From: Monocercomonoides exilis PA203 | Taxonomy: Eukaryota > Protista > Preaxostyla | Length of the DNA: 64,000 bases | Direction: 5' to 3' | Assembly (NCBI GenBank): GCA_001643675.2 | Contig: LSRY02000044.1 | Location: 310,001-374,000 of the forward strand | Shown here: one piece after another, positions 1 to 12,669 of the stretch | Layout: each line of letters starts with the position of its first letter | Position numbering within the stretch: position 1 is the stretch's first letter | Translations under genes and position numbers: made by a program | The notes under the pieces: model-generated | Database searches by the model: none | What the model was told of the DNA's origin: nothing | What the model saw: the letters and a program-made list of their open reading frames with translations, nothing else

Positions 1-2854
1 GATATCACATCATCTGACCCTTCTCTTCTTTTTCAATCTTCTCAAGATCTTCTTTCAAGGAGATTTGAGCTTCTTCTTGACTCTTCTTCTTTTAATGAAT
101 CTCAAAATTGTATTAATGGTGTCCCTTTTTGAGAAACTAGTTGTTGTGTATGCTTAGCTGGCACTCTATCGGAAGGGTGCTGGACATGACTGTTCGTATT
201 AGATATTGCAGCCTTCGGGCTGCTTTATCCGGACCTGGATACGACGAACAGCCTCCCAGGTGCACAACAGTTGGAATCCGATTGTTTTCTTATGCTTTTT
301 GTCCCTATAATGTCCCTATTATTAAATTGGTTATTGTCCCGCTTATATTTGTATTTATCGAGATTCATTAGAAGAGAGAGTTGTGAAGGAATTCATTGAT
401 CTTTGAGTGAGGTTTTTGGAAGGGAGAGTTATTGAGAGTGTGAAATGTTGTTTTATCATTGTGTCTGTCTTTTTTCTTTGTTGAATTTGATCTTTTTGAG
501 TCAAAGTTAGGGAAATATCAGAAAGGGGTGAGTGGATGGAAAACAGAGGAAAAATAGACAAGTTGGTTTTTGAACTTTTAATATAAGTTTTCTTTTTTGT
601 TTGGAATTGTCTTTGATACCGTGAATTTGTTGTTAAAGTACTGTTTCTTCTTATATTTTTCATTGTTCAAAATTGTTGATATTTAGTTAACATTTGGTGA
701 TTGTTTTATGATGATGTGATGGAATAATGTTTTTTTGAAAGTGATTGAATCTGATTAGAAATATTCTGATTGTTTTCAATTTTAATAATGATTAACATCA
801 TGAAGTGCTAATGTTATTTATGTGTTATTTTGTTTTATGATTGTTATCAAAATGGCAATGTATTTATTTTTCTGTTTTTCTTTTCACTGAATATTCATCA
901 ACTGTTGTTACTCAACAATGAAGATATTGATATCAAAACAGTTATATATTGAATAGAAGAATAATATTAAGCATTTTCGTTCAAAAACAAAACATTTTTC
1001 AAGAGACAAAAATTGCAATGATATTTTACTGATATGAGGTGTTAATTCAATGAAATATGTAAAAACTATTTTTCACCTTATTTGAAACGAACAAATTTTA
1101 ATAACGGTTTTCTAAAAACTTGTAAGCATTAATAAAGCAATAATATTCACAAATTAAATGAATTATATTCAAACAAATATCACATTTCCAAAATTAATGA
1201 TCAAAAAAAACCAAATTCTTTGTGCATTTTGGTCAACATTGAAAGTCACTTTTTCTGTACTTTACAAGCTGAAAATATCATTATATGCTGTATTGAGCAA
1301 AAAAATTAAATGACCAAAACGCCATGATCATGTCAATTTATAAAAAAATTTTTTTTGAAAAATAAAGAAAGATTATCAATTTATCGATATTGCATACAAT
1401 TGATGAATATTTGATTTGACCGTTAAAAAAATATATTGTTAGCATGCAAAATATATAACAAGTGTGCTTTTTTTTTCGTGTGTTCACTCCAATTATTTCT
1501 TCATTTGAACAATTCATTTTCTGATTATCTCAATTTCTAATTTTATTTGTTTTTTATGAAAACAGTTCAGCATTTATCTATTTTTTGAAAAAAGGTGCGC
1601 ATTATTTCAATGAGTTTAATGGAACACCTTTCTGAAAAAACTGCTTTTTCTTTTAGTGTTGTTTGTTGTTCGAATGGCATTTCACTCTCTTTGATTATCA
1701 TCATCAACAACAACCGACCCCAAATTATCAATCATAGAGTCGCTCTAAATGCTACCGTATATGCTTCTCCATCCAATCATCATTCATCAGGCTCGAAGGA
1801 GTTGGCTGATTCAAAAATTCACTGAACCGAAAACAATGCCAAGTTTCACGGTTTATGTGAAACACAAAACATCCACAAGATCATAAAGAAGTTTCTCGAG
1901 ATCACATACGAAAAAGAGAAGATCATACAAGCGTGATCATGCAAATTCAAGTGAAGCTCGCCAGAACACCAAAATCTACTGGATCTGATGGAATTCAAAG
2001 AGCTGTGAAATAATATTGTTCTTCATCTGTTTCATTGTCTTTTTCCTCCTCCTCCTCTTATTCTTTTTCGTTATCGTTTTTGTCATCTTTGATATTTTTC
2101 TCTTCATCAAAGTGGGATTAGATGTGAAAGCCGCCTCCACTGTTGGAAAAAGACATGTATTACAAGCACAACTCCATCGCAACTTTCTTTTTTCAATTTT
2201 TTTTATTCCATCATTTTTTAAGGGAGCATACTCAAAAACCGCAGAGGCTATAGGTATATCTGCGTACGACAGGAGGCTCAATCCAAAGAGAAAAGCGTCA
2301 AAGGAAATTTTGCTGGAAGGGCAGATGCTGGAGACTGTGTGCTTCTTGCAGAGCGAAATAAAGCTCGTTGATTTTTCTCAGTTGGTAAAGGGGAAAGCAG
2401 AATTCGAGGTAAGAGGGTACATAGCGACCGGTATTAAATTTATCTAAAAGAAGAATTATTGACATTGAAAAACCCATTTTCAGATGTTAAAATTCACAAA
2501 TAGGAGAAATATTCGATTAAAAACTGAAAATTTTTAGTATTTATAAAGCAGGAGTTATTAAAAATTAGTGATCAAACCCCTAAGATATATTAGAGAGATA
2601 CTTTCTTTTAGGTTTTTATTGGAAATAAAGATTTTCCTATTATCAATGTGTTTATTAGGGTTATGTTAACGTTAACTTTTAATATAATCAACCGATTAGG
2701 GTTTTTTTTATTTAAGGTGGGGAAGTTAACATAATTAAAATTACTGTTGGATTTAAAAAAATAGGTTTTCTCAGCTTAAAATCACTGTTATACGAAAATC
2801 ACTTTCGAAATGTCATAATTGCATTAATTGAAAATTGTATAAATAAATAAAAAC

Positions 2855-5800
2855 ATGTCAATCGATTTTTTTTACCGGTCGTTATCTGCCCACTTACCGA
2901 ATTCGAAAGACAAACTGCATATTTTGCACTCAAATCAAGTTTGTGTTCATACGCGATTTCTGATCGGGTCGACAATTTCTACGATCACGAAAGAGTGTTC
3001 ATGAGCCCATATGACGTAATAACTGCGATACAACGTTCTGTTTCAAATGAGCTTTGCGTGACTGACACGGAACCCTCTGTCATTTCTTCAGAGCCCCGCA
3101 AAAGAATTAGAATAAGTTGTAGATTCGAAAAGAGAAGCGTTGAGACAACAGTCCGCAAGCTCATTGCAGAATCTTCCAATCTGCAAGACGTTGAGTTGAC
3201 TGTGCCGTTTGCATGTCATGAAAGCCCTGAGCCGCTCGATGAGTTACTCGCTCAAACATCGAAAGAGAATGCAACAGCATAAAATGCGTTGCCTATTGCA
3301 TCATTATTATCAACAGCATTTACTATTTCCTCGGAGCCCGGTTCTGCATCCTCCTCCTTCTTCTATTCCTCCTCACTGCAGCAGCAGCTTGTCTCCTCTC
3401 TCTGTCTTCTTAATGATGTTGATCACGCTTCTCTACCACTCTTCAAAGCAACACTCGCTGGAAGCCTAGGGTGCACTCAAAAAGTGTCTGCCACACGCTC
3501 TGAAAAAAAACAAGCAAAGTTCGACTGCTCTTGTCTTATGCGAATATCCTTTATCTTCTTTTTGTTCATTCGTCTGAGCAGTCTTTTATGGAAGAAAAAG
3601 ATATCGCCAGACCTTCTGAGATATGCGTGAAGCAATGAGTACTCACAGCGATGTGTGTTTAACAGCATTGAGCACCTCCAGTTCCTTAACAAAGTTCACG
3701 AATTTGAAGGCTGGCTGGACATTGTGACTGTTCGATGAAATTCATCATCTTTCTCTTCTTCTTCTTCATCATCTTTTTCCTGAAACATCTTGAAGAATCA
3801 ACTGTAATTGTGTGAGGATCGTTCATTTTCCTTGATGAATCTTTTGAATTTCTTTCTCATGCTGTTCAAGTTATTCTGACTGCTGCTGCTGGATCTTATT
3901 AAAATAGGCGAATGAGAATAATTCAGTTAACGACAGCTGCTGTGGTACTGTGTGAAACAGCAATGTGGGAGATAATGCAAACATGTGCGATGGCATGGTA
4001 GTTGTGTGGCGATTCAGAATGATCTAAAAGAGTGGAAGGAGACAATATGTTAATCACAAAGGATTCACAGTTGGAGATGGGGCTAGATTGTTGATGTGGG
4101 TTGGAAGTTAAGGAGAAGAATGAAATGGAAAAAGATGCGGAAAATGTGAAGAGTGAGAAAGAGACTTCAGAAGGAGGAATGGATGAAGTCAATAGCAGAA
4201 TGAATACAAAAAAAGAGGAGGCTGAAGTTAACGTTGTTGATGGATTTGATTGTGACATAGGAATGGAGAATAACGAGATTGAGAATGAGAGAGAAGTAGA
4301 TATGAATGTTGAAAGTGGAAAAGTTGAAATGAAAGGAAAAGAAGTGAAAGAAAGAGACCAAAATTTTTTTCTTCAAAAGGATAGATGAAATGAATAAAAG
4401 AAGAAAAAGAAGAAGAAGAAGAAGAAGAAGAAAGCACAAACCCACTGTTATAAGCTACAAAGATCTGATGCAGATTCTCAGTGCGTTGATTAATAATCAC
4501 CTGGATGTGACAACTCAGTCGCTGAACAATTAGAAAAAGCCATATTTTACAGCTTTTTGTGCATTTTCAGCTAGAATTTATAAACCAAGCACGTCTCAAG
4601 TGAAAGATGGTTGTTCTTCTGGCTTGGTGAAGCTGTTGAATGAACATTTATCCAGAATTGTGAACGCCATCACGGAAGAAAAAGAAGAGGAGGAAGAGGA
4701 AGTTGGAAATCGTTATAAAAATTAGATGATGGACGTCAAAGGTGTGGAAGAGAATGAAAGTTGCGTGATGTGCAGCGCAAGAAGCGCTGGTTTATAATTG
4801 TTTATGTTTTAGATGGGAAAGAATTTGGTTCGACCTTCTCTTTTTCTTTGCGACAATATTAGAGTTCATCATCATCATCTTCTTCTTCTTCTTCCTCTTT
4901 TTACTCTTTCCAATCTTTCTCTTCTTCTCCTTCTTTTCCCCTTCTCATCTTCATTCTTCGTCCTTCCTCCTCCTCCTCTTCTTCTTTTTCTTCTTCTCCC
5001 CCAACCCCACTGGCGATAAGCCATCAACTCCACCTCCTTGTGTCTGGCGCGCTTTGAACATTTCAACAGTGGCCACTTCTCCTCTGGACACGCACCATCG
5101 CACAGCGCTGGCTGAATTGTGTTATCACTTTGGCCTCTGCTGCTCTGCTCCGTAGGATACAGACGATGCAAAGGATACATTAAGAGAAATGAAGATCTCA
5201 TCGAAACCTCTGCCACCTGAGATGAAATTGTAAACTTCTTCTGATTCTGCGTCTTCATTGGAATTTGCTCCAGTATTTCGGCAACCCTCCGCTCCTTCTT
5301 TCTCTCATTCCTCGTCCTCTTCCCGCTTTGAAATCGTTGTTTTCTGCTTCATTGTGTTCCATTCATCATCTTCTTCTTCTCCACAATCGCCTCCTCCATT
5401 TTTATTATTCTTTTCTTCGTTGTCATCACCATCAATGCATTCTGCAGCTTCGCTGAATGTGCAATTGAACCGTTTTCCTCTTCCCCAGAGGCGTATTACG
5501 CTCTGCTTCAGCACTTCAAACGTCTTCCGCGCTCCGTCTGTGCTGAGCGGAGTGAATGAGGTGAATGGGCATCTCATGAGAAATGGTAGCGGAAGAGGGA
5601 AGTAGCTTCAAGGAATGTCACATTCATTCACTCGCTTTTTGATACCGCCAAGAAGCGAAGAGAGAGAAGTACGAGTTCAAATGGAAGAGGCAAAGAAGGC
5701 GGAGCACAGAAGCAAATTGTTCACGAAGCAGAGGAAATGGAGAAAGCAGGAAGAGCCAAAGACGAAGACGAAGACGAAACAGAAAGACGAGTTTTGCACA

Positions 5801-5923
5801 TCGCAAATTGACGCTTTCGACACAAAGCTTCCACAGGCAGTAACAGAAAGGTGGAGGAGGGACAAAGGAAGAGAAGAAGGAGGAAATGAAAATGATGATG
5901 AACAGCAGCAGACATTTTACTAG
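2855..5923 (+). pseudogene. Decayed protein-coding sequence of unknown family (possibly more than one relic)
   Basis: Protein-like frames broken by stops and frameshifts: 2941-3282 runs through TAA into 3289-3630 in the same frame; ...ELCYHFGLCCSAP*DTDDAKDTLREMK... at ~5100-5200; further fragments at 4101-4388, 5258-5605 and 5615-5923. Boundaries are approximate. Confidence 0.4.
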
Positions 5924-5958
5924 TTCGACAGCACATTCTCATCTGCATTGCTGCCTGC

Positions 5959-7400
5959 TTAAAACATCACAGCCTCCTCAACATTTGCTACTCCTCCTTT
6001 AATTGTTCCCACACACACAATTGTCAGCCCCTTCTGTTCTTGTTGGAACTCCGGCGAAGCCACCAACTCCTTCATCTTCTGTAACAGACTCTTATTAGCT
6101 CTTACTGAAGTCGCTCTGAGCACAGAACATTTCCAACCCCTCTTTTTCTCTTTTTGCTCCAACATCTTCATTCTTGTTGCGTTTTTTAAGTGCTGTTCTC
6201 GAAAAGAAGATATTTCGCGATTTGAAAATGCTTGGAAGCAAGAACATTCGAATCAGGGGCAATGTATTTGAATGAAAGTGAATGGTGCTGAACAACGGTG
6301 AATATGTTCCAAGCGGATTCGTGAAAGCGATGTTGAATCCACCTGCATCGGAGCAGATGAAGTTGCTGTGGGAGAAGTGGTAATTCCACACGGCAAGGCT
6401 GTTGTTGGTGGACTCACAGTTGTTGGCATGTGCGCAACTGCTGGTCTTGGAGAGCAAGATGTTAGTGAAGAAGGAATTCATCATTCCAAAGAAGCTTCAT
6501 GACAAATTTGACATTGAATAAGAAGAATGGCGCTGTCTGCTTTAATGGAGAGACCTGTTGCGAGAGATGTTAAACGGAGTTGCTAAATCCAACGTCAATC
6601 ACGTACAAGACTGTGAAGTACTGAAGGAGGAGAAATTTAAGCGAGAGAGAAAAGATTCAGAAAGATGTCTGGAGGAATCAGTCGAAAATGTGAAAGACTG
6701 AAAAGTTGATTGAAGCGAAGGAGGAGCGGAAGGAGGAGTGAAATGAGATGAGGATGCAGTTGTTGTTTAATGCAATATCAGCGAGCGGGAAAATACAAAG
6801 TGAATAAAAACACGATTGTTCGAGTAAGACCAAATTCGAATATTGGAAAGGCAATTCTGGAGGAAGATATAAATTAAGGTTGCGGAGAAGGAGATACAGA
6901 GGCCAAGTGGGAGTAGCATAGCTTGGTTGAGGAGTCTGTGCCTTTGCAGACGAATATCCGGTGGGTGCGGAAGAAAAGAAATGAAGGGCAGGATGTTAAA
7001 GTCGTGATCGGGATCGGTGTGAGAGGAATCAGAGCTTCAGATGGATGTGCTCGCAGTAAGAGAAGGTTGGGTGAACTCGATGGAAAAGAGGGACTCATCG
7101 ATTTAGGGTGGGATATAGGAGCTCCGGAGATAGAGTTCATTTCCTCGGAAGGCGTCGTTCAAGGCGATGCGGATGTTGAGAACGGAGACAGGGATTGGAG
7201 GAGCTTTTGCGGAGTGGATACAGTCTTTTAAGAGGTCGTCTCCTTCGGTCGACATATCGCTCACATAGATGGTGAACACACACACGTCTCAACAGCACAG
7301 TCCATTGCACATTCGCTCTCAGCATTTCACATTAGAGCTGGCCCCTTGCATAAGAGCGTAATGTGGACTTGTTTGCAGATTCTCGTCTTGATACTGTTCT
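5959..7400 (-). pseudogene. Relic of a large surface-protein ectodomain, related to the 36311-43261 family
   Basis: Minus-strand reading NDAFRGNELYLRSSYIPP*IDESLFSIEF...SI*SSDSSHTDPDHDFNILPFI / RIFVCKGTDSSTKLC parallels NTARVGNDIFIECFNITSQINESQFQFDL...AIYGIDS...DTDLIGFI...TIIVSSVNGSNDRQC in the intact receptor. SDAGGFNIAF..FSTIHFHSN (6095-6484 ORF) resembles its GGG beta-helix repeats. Contains in-frame stops and frameshifts. Confidence 0.45.
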
Positions 7401-8249
7401 TGATTCTGATTCAGGTTGCCTGAAAGCAGTTGAGTCGGTCAGAGCAGACGGGAAAACTGCCATGAGTGAAGAATCAGCGAACAAAGTGAAAATGAATTGA
7501 AAGGACACAAGTACTGCAAAAGTGGATATAGTAGAGATGTGGAGAAATAGGCCAGGTAAGGAGACAGCGGAGATGGTGTTTCATAAATGAGCATACCCAC
7601 TTCTTTTTTATCAATCATCGCAAACGAAAGGAGTGTTTGTAGAGTCTGCATGGAAAATGAACAGCCCAATAAAAGATAAACTCAGCTTTCAAACAAGGCT
7701 ATGCCTAAGAGGTGGATGATGGAGAATAAAAGAGAATTGCTGTTAAGCAAAACAAACAGAAATTTTCGTATTTCTTCTCATTTTTTTTTATTTTTTCTTA
7801 GTTATTTTTTTAACTATGATCAATTTATTTAAATAACATCTCCAAAGAATTAATTGTTTCTTTATAATAATTCATTATAAATTGTTGTTTATCCGATATA
7901 TGTCTTGTATAACTTTCATATTTTTCTATGTGTGATTTTGAAAATTTTTCATTTTTTACTAAAGTTTAATGATCATCATCAGCATTTTTATAATTTCTTT
8001 TCAATAACATCATTTAACAATTCTTTTTTATAAAAGAAATTAATTTATTGAGTATTGAAACAATCATTATCATGCTTTTCAAGCAAGATAACTTATGTTT
8101 TATAATGTTTATTGTATTTTTGATATTTTTTTTGAAATTATTTTTATTTCTCGATATTTGAAATAAAAACAATTGGAAACAAATTAAAATCTACAAATAA
8201 TTAATAATAATAATATATTGATCTATATTTTCATGCAATTTCAAATAAA

Positions 8250-9189
8250 ATTAATATTTTCAACCTCACCCTTTATGAAAAATTTAAATGATCAAATGTC
8301 GGAATTTTTTATGATATCAAAAAAAATCACCCATATTGCTCCTCCGTCAGTCATAAACCCAACTGGAACTTTTTCAATGTGCGAATTTCTTTCTGATTCT
8401 ATTCTTTTCCTTTCTTTTGAAAGCATGTGAGACACTTTTCTTTCAGTAATCAGTGGAAATATTGTTCTTGGAGGAAGAGTGGGATTTTGCTGAGCAATTT
8501 GAATTTGTAATTGTTTAAAGTTATTCAATTCAGATGAAGATGCTGAACGAAATGATACGTTGCAGTGACTGACAAACTGAACAAATGAAGTTGACAACTC
8601 TGAAAACTGAATTCACTTTTCTGATGTTTGAATTTGTGTTGATGATAGTTTGCCTTTATCAGTATTCTTTTTCTGCATTAAGTGATCTAAACTTTGATTC
8701 GAAGTGATCGTGCATTTGTGCGAATCCAAAGAAACATATCCCCTTCTTCCAAAAAATCCACAATTGAATCCTTTACGACTGTTTGGACAAAGAAGATATC
8801 TGTGACCATCTTTTTTGACACTTCCATCATGCTGAATTGGAATAAAAGATATCCACAAATTATCTTAATATATTTCCAACGATATTTTTGTTATGAACTT
8901 TCCATATTCTTTAGGGTGCCTGTAAACTATTGGTGGAAAATAAAAATTAAAAAACAGAAAAAAAATTAAAACCATTTCCTTTCTCAGTTGTTTTGACATA
9001 TTCCAAAGCAACGAATCCACAACCAATCTTTTGCAATTCGTAACATTATTAGTTATATGCTTTCTTCTTCAAAATTTAAAGAATAATTCTGTTCAACAAT
9101 TAAATGCGATATAAACCACATACAATTGAAACATCGTTCTGGGATAATTGAAGATCAGGTGGTAAACTGTTTAATAGCTCAGGATCCAT
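8250..9189 (-). mobile_element. hAT-like DNA transposase remnant (5' part, pseudogenised)
   Basis: A Cys/His cluster (LCPNSRKGFNCGFF...LDSHKC), then FVQFVSHCNVSFRSASSSELNNF (like the hAT 'F...N.PF..VE...F' helix), then VGFMTDGGAIW (like the first catalytic-Asp strand 'xLxxDGWT/DAGT'). Stop at ~8613; candidate ATG at 9189; nothing recognisable beyond the first Asp; no TIR pair found. Confidence 0.45.
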
Positions 9190-9900
9190 TTAAATAATAA
9201 ATTTTTTATTACCCAAACTTTCCACTGGAATAAATTGTCATCAAATTTCCATGACTGACTGATCTTGTCAATAAGCCATAACTTTGAAAATAATCTTTTA
9301 TATTTCAACAACATCGAAAAAGCAAATAAAAAAATGAAGATCTAATCACATTTAAAAAAAACATTTTGCATTCTTTATTTATTTTCCATATTTTTTTAAC
9401 ATTTTCATATGATGAAATTTGAGTGATAAAAGTGTTTTATAAAGTCAGTCATTTTCACTTTTTGTTTCAAAAAATGTCACAAGTCGCAGAGGATTATTAG
9501 ATTTGAGTTTTGTATTTTTCTGAGTCTTTTTTTAATTTTTTCATTTCGAAAAATTCGGGTACTTATAAAAAAAAATGGGTACAAATAAAAATATGACCCT
9601 ATTTTGCAATCAAATGCATTTTCGATAAAATACGCAACAACTTTGGTTTTGGTAAAGAAATCTTCAAAAAAAAAAAAAAAAAAATCAGTAATGCTTCAAA
9701 AATGGCTAATACATGCAAAGCCTTGTAAAAATATTGCCTTACGCCTGATTGCAAATGAATTGAAAGATATTCTATCTTCGCTTCTAACTGCTTTTTAAGT
9801 ACTTTGCACCAAAATCTTGATTACCAAAACTTTTTCTTGCAGCTCGAAATATCTTTTTTGATTCTTGCTGAATGCTCTAATTATCCTTTTACCAACCTAC

Positions 9901-12175
9901 TTATTGATAATAACAACAATTTGAAAAGTGTCTGAGTTCACTAAAAACTCTATTACTGACATGGTACTTTATGCTAACAAGGAAATCCTCCAATCCTCTC
10001 TCTTCAACAAAATTCATTATCTCAAGATAATCTTGTTTTGCTTTATCTTTCTTAAGTTTCTCCCCATCATTTGTTACAATGCTTCGTTTTTCTTCTTCTT
10101 GCTTTCTCACTTCATCCCTCATCTTTATCGATGTGGCAATTAGCAAATCTATTACCCACTCTAACCCAACATTTAAAGTGTGCTCTAACATCTTCACAAC
10201 CATGTCAAAAATACTCATCTTTCTTTCCCACTCTCTTTCATCCAGCAACTTGTCTCTCATCATCTTTACAAAGCTTCCATTTTCATCAAGATTCAAATCC
10301 AACAAGGCACTCAAATCATTCCGTTTGCAGCTGATGCAATTTAGTAATGACAATAAAACGCTTAGTGGAGCTGTATACTCTCCCTTCACTAAGCAAACGA
10401 GCTCTGAGGAGGAGCAATTTTTACAACAACATCGAAGCATTAAAGCGATGTCTTCGAGATGAAGACACGAACGCATTCCATCCGGCAACTGAATAATGAA
10501 ATGTGAATCATTCAAATGTGATGAGCATTCGATATGATTTCTTGAAGACAATGCCTTGAAGGAAAATTTGTTCGCATCTATTCTGTTTCCGTAATTGACA
10601 CAAACAAAAGACGAGCTTGTGAAATTTCTCATTGCATATACAACGTAAGCAGAATATCTGTCAATCATCAATTTGCTTGAACGGCAAAACAGCGAAAAGA
10701 ATACACAGAAAACAGGATGATTTATAAACAAGCGCATAAATAATTTGCAGGAGCTCAAAAGGAATTGAACAAAATATATAACATTGTGTATAAATCTCGT
10801 GTTCCGTTCCATTTCAAAATTAGATGCTAAACAAATGTCCGGCTGAATGTTTTTCAAGGCAAGCTCCAACATTTCCTCTTCTTCGTAGCCAACTTGCTCA
10901 TTTTTCTCCATTAACTCGTCAGTTTGAGTTCCTTCCTCTAAATAATGTGTTGAATATCCTTTTTCAAAAAAATTTCTCTCTTCTTTATTAATTCTATCTT
11001 CCCTGCTTTTCGACCTTTCTTGCTTCATCCTTTCTTCAATTAATTCTCCTTGACAGATTGCATACAAAGTGCGAACAGCTTCTTCCATCGCCTCCGCTTC
11101 CATCGCTATGTTCGTTCTCCATCCAGTAACAGCACTTAGAATTACATCCATCCAATGCACTTCCGTGTCCATTTTCATCATCCACTCTTCATTCCATTCC
11201 ATTGTCCGTGCAGCGATAAAGGCACATTCAATCAAAACTCTCCGCTCATGCATAGAAAGCAAAATATACTGGGAAGCATTTGAATACGAGCCCATCACCC
11301 GCACTATCTTCTTTAGCGCTGCCTCACCAATTTCATTTTTCTTTAAAATTCTTGGATTGCCTTTATGGATGTGTAAATAAAATCGAAATAAAAAAATTTT
11401 TTTTAAAATCAAATTATGAAAATTTAAACATAAAGGGATAGAATAATCTTGAACAAAAATATGTATCAAACCATAATGCTTTGATATGCAATGAGCCACT
11501 CCAAGGCTGATCTCTAATTCTTCTTCCTCTTCTTTAGAAGATGGTTCCAGTGCTATTTTCAGTTTAAGCTCATTAATGTGCTTTTCAATCAATTTTTCAT
11601 CATTGCATCTATCTTTCATTAACAATAAAATAGAAGACCAAGCAACATATGCAATTGTTGGATCCGCACACAACCATGAAATATCAAGTAATTGCTGCCA
11701 TAATTTTGGATATGGTAAAGTTATTTTCAGTGGATTTGAATATCCGTCAGCTTGAGACACAATATAGCCACAATATCCAACAAATCTAATAATATGAATT
11801 ACTTTGTTTATTGAGTCATGATTGATCAGATTTTGTTTTAAATGCACTGCAATCTGATTTCCATAACTTCCGCCAAAAAGATCCTTCCATTCTCTAAAAT
11901 CAGTTGAACAAAGAATTTTCATTATAGCTTTATATTTTTTATCATTACTCTTATTCTCATTTTTCAATATGTCCAGTATTTCATCTTTGTTAAAAAATTG
12001 ATAACAAAAGTCAGAAAAGCGAATAAAAATACTAATTCTTCAATGTAAAATAAATAGTTAAACCTTTTAATATAGTTTCATTTGTTATTTTTGTATTATA
12101 TTCTTGTACCAAATTGTCTGATTGAAGCCTTGAATCATAGAAAAAGAATGTTTGAGTACTTTTGCTTTCGTTCAT
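9901..12175 (-). CDS. Lineage-specific helical protein, ~694 aa, 3 exons (12175-12064, 11984-11472, 11360-9901)
   Basis: The 688-aa ORF gains an upstream ATG exon through a frame-preserving 79-nt intron and contains an AT-rich in-frame 111-nt GT-AG intron. C-terminal FVEERGLEDFLVSI resembles FEEEGFVDLVISL of the 45357 gene. Confidence 0.75.
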
Positions 12176-12669
12176 TATTGATTATGTTAAATTCGATCAA
12201 TAACAAAAATGATGAACAAAAGTTAATTTTTCAATTTTTTATATGAACAACAATTTATATTAACAACTTTTAATATGAAAGACTTTCATTTTTGCTTTTT
12301 TCATGAGAGTTTTTGAAAACATAATGTTCAAAAATTGCTCTCTTTTATAATTATTTGTCTCAAACATATTTTCAAGTCTTATAATTATAATTACTATCAT
12401 TTTTAAACATTTTCATTTAAGAAACACAATTTTTTTTAATAGTTTTTGTTTTTGGTTAATTTTGATCAAAATAATAGTTGAAATAGAGCTTTCACAATTT
12501 ACAAAATCATAACTTCATAAAACTTTTTTAATACATATATATATTTGTGATTGTAAATTAAATGGAATCATGTGCAAAAATATACCAAGCTTGTAAGACA
12601 CAGAGAAAAGGTTTTTATTTTTTCATAAAGCATAGATTTTTCTTTGTTTTTTATACCACCATTCAAGAT

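Noticed and set aside
2650-2705. Telomeric repeat array
   Set aside because: Only two isolated TTAGGG words, not tandem.
2941-3630. Reassigned stop codons (TAA/TAG = Gln, as in some oxymonads) explaining the in-frame stops
   Set aside because: Intact genes end in TAA, TAG and TGA at expected positions (APC2 ends at TAG right after the WHB), long ORFs have no internal TAR, and the relics also contain TGA stops and frameshifts.
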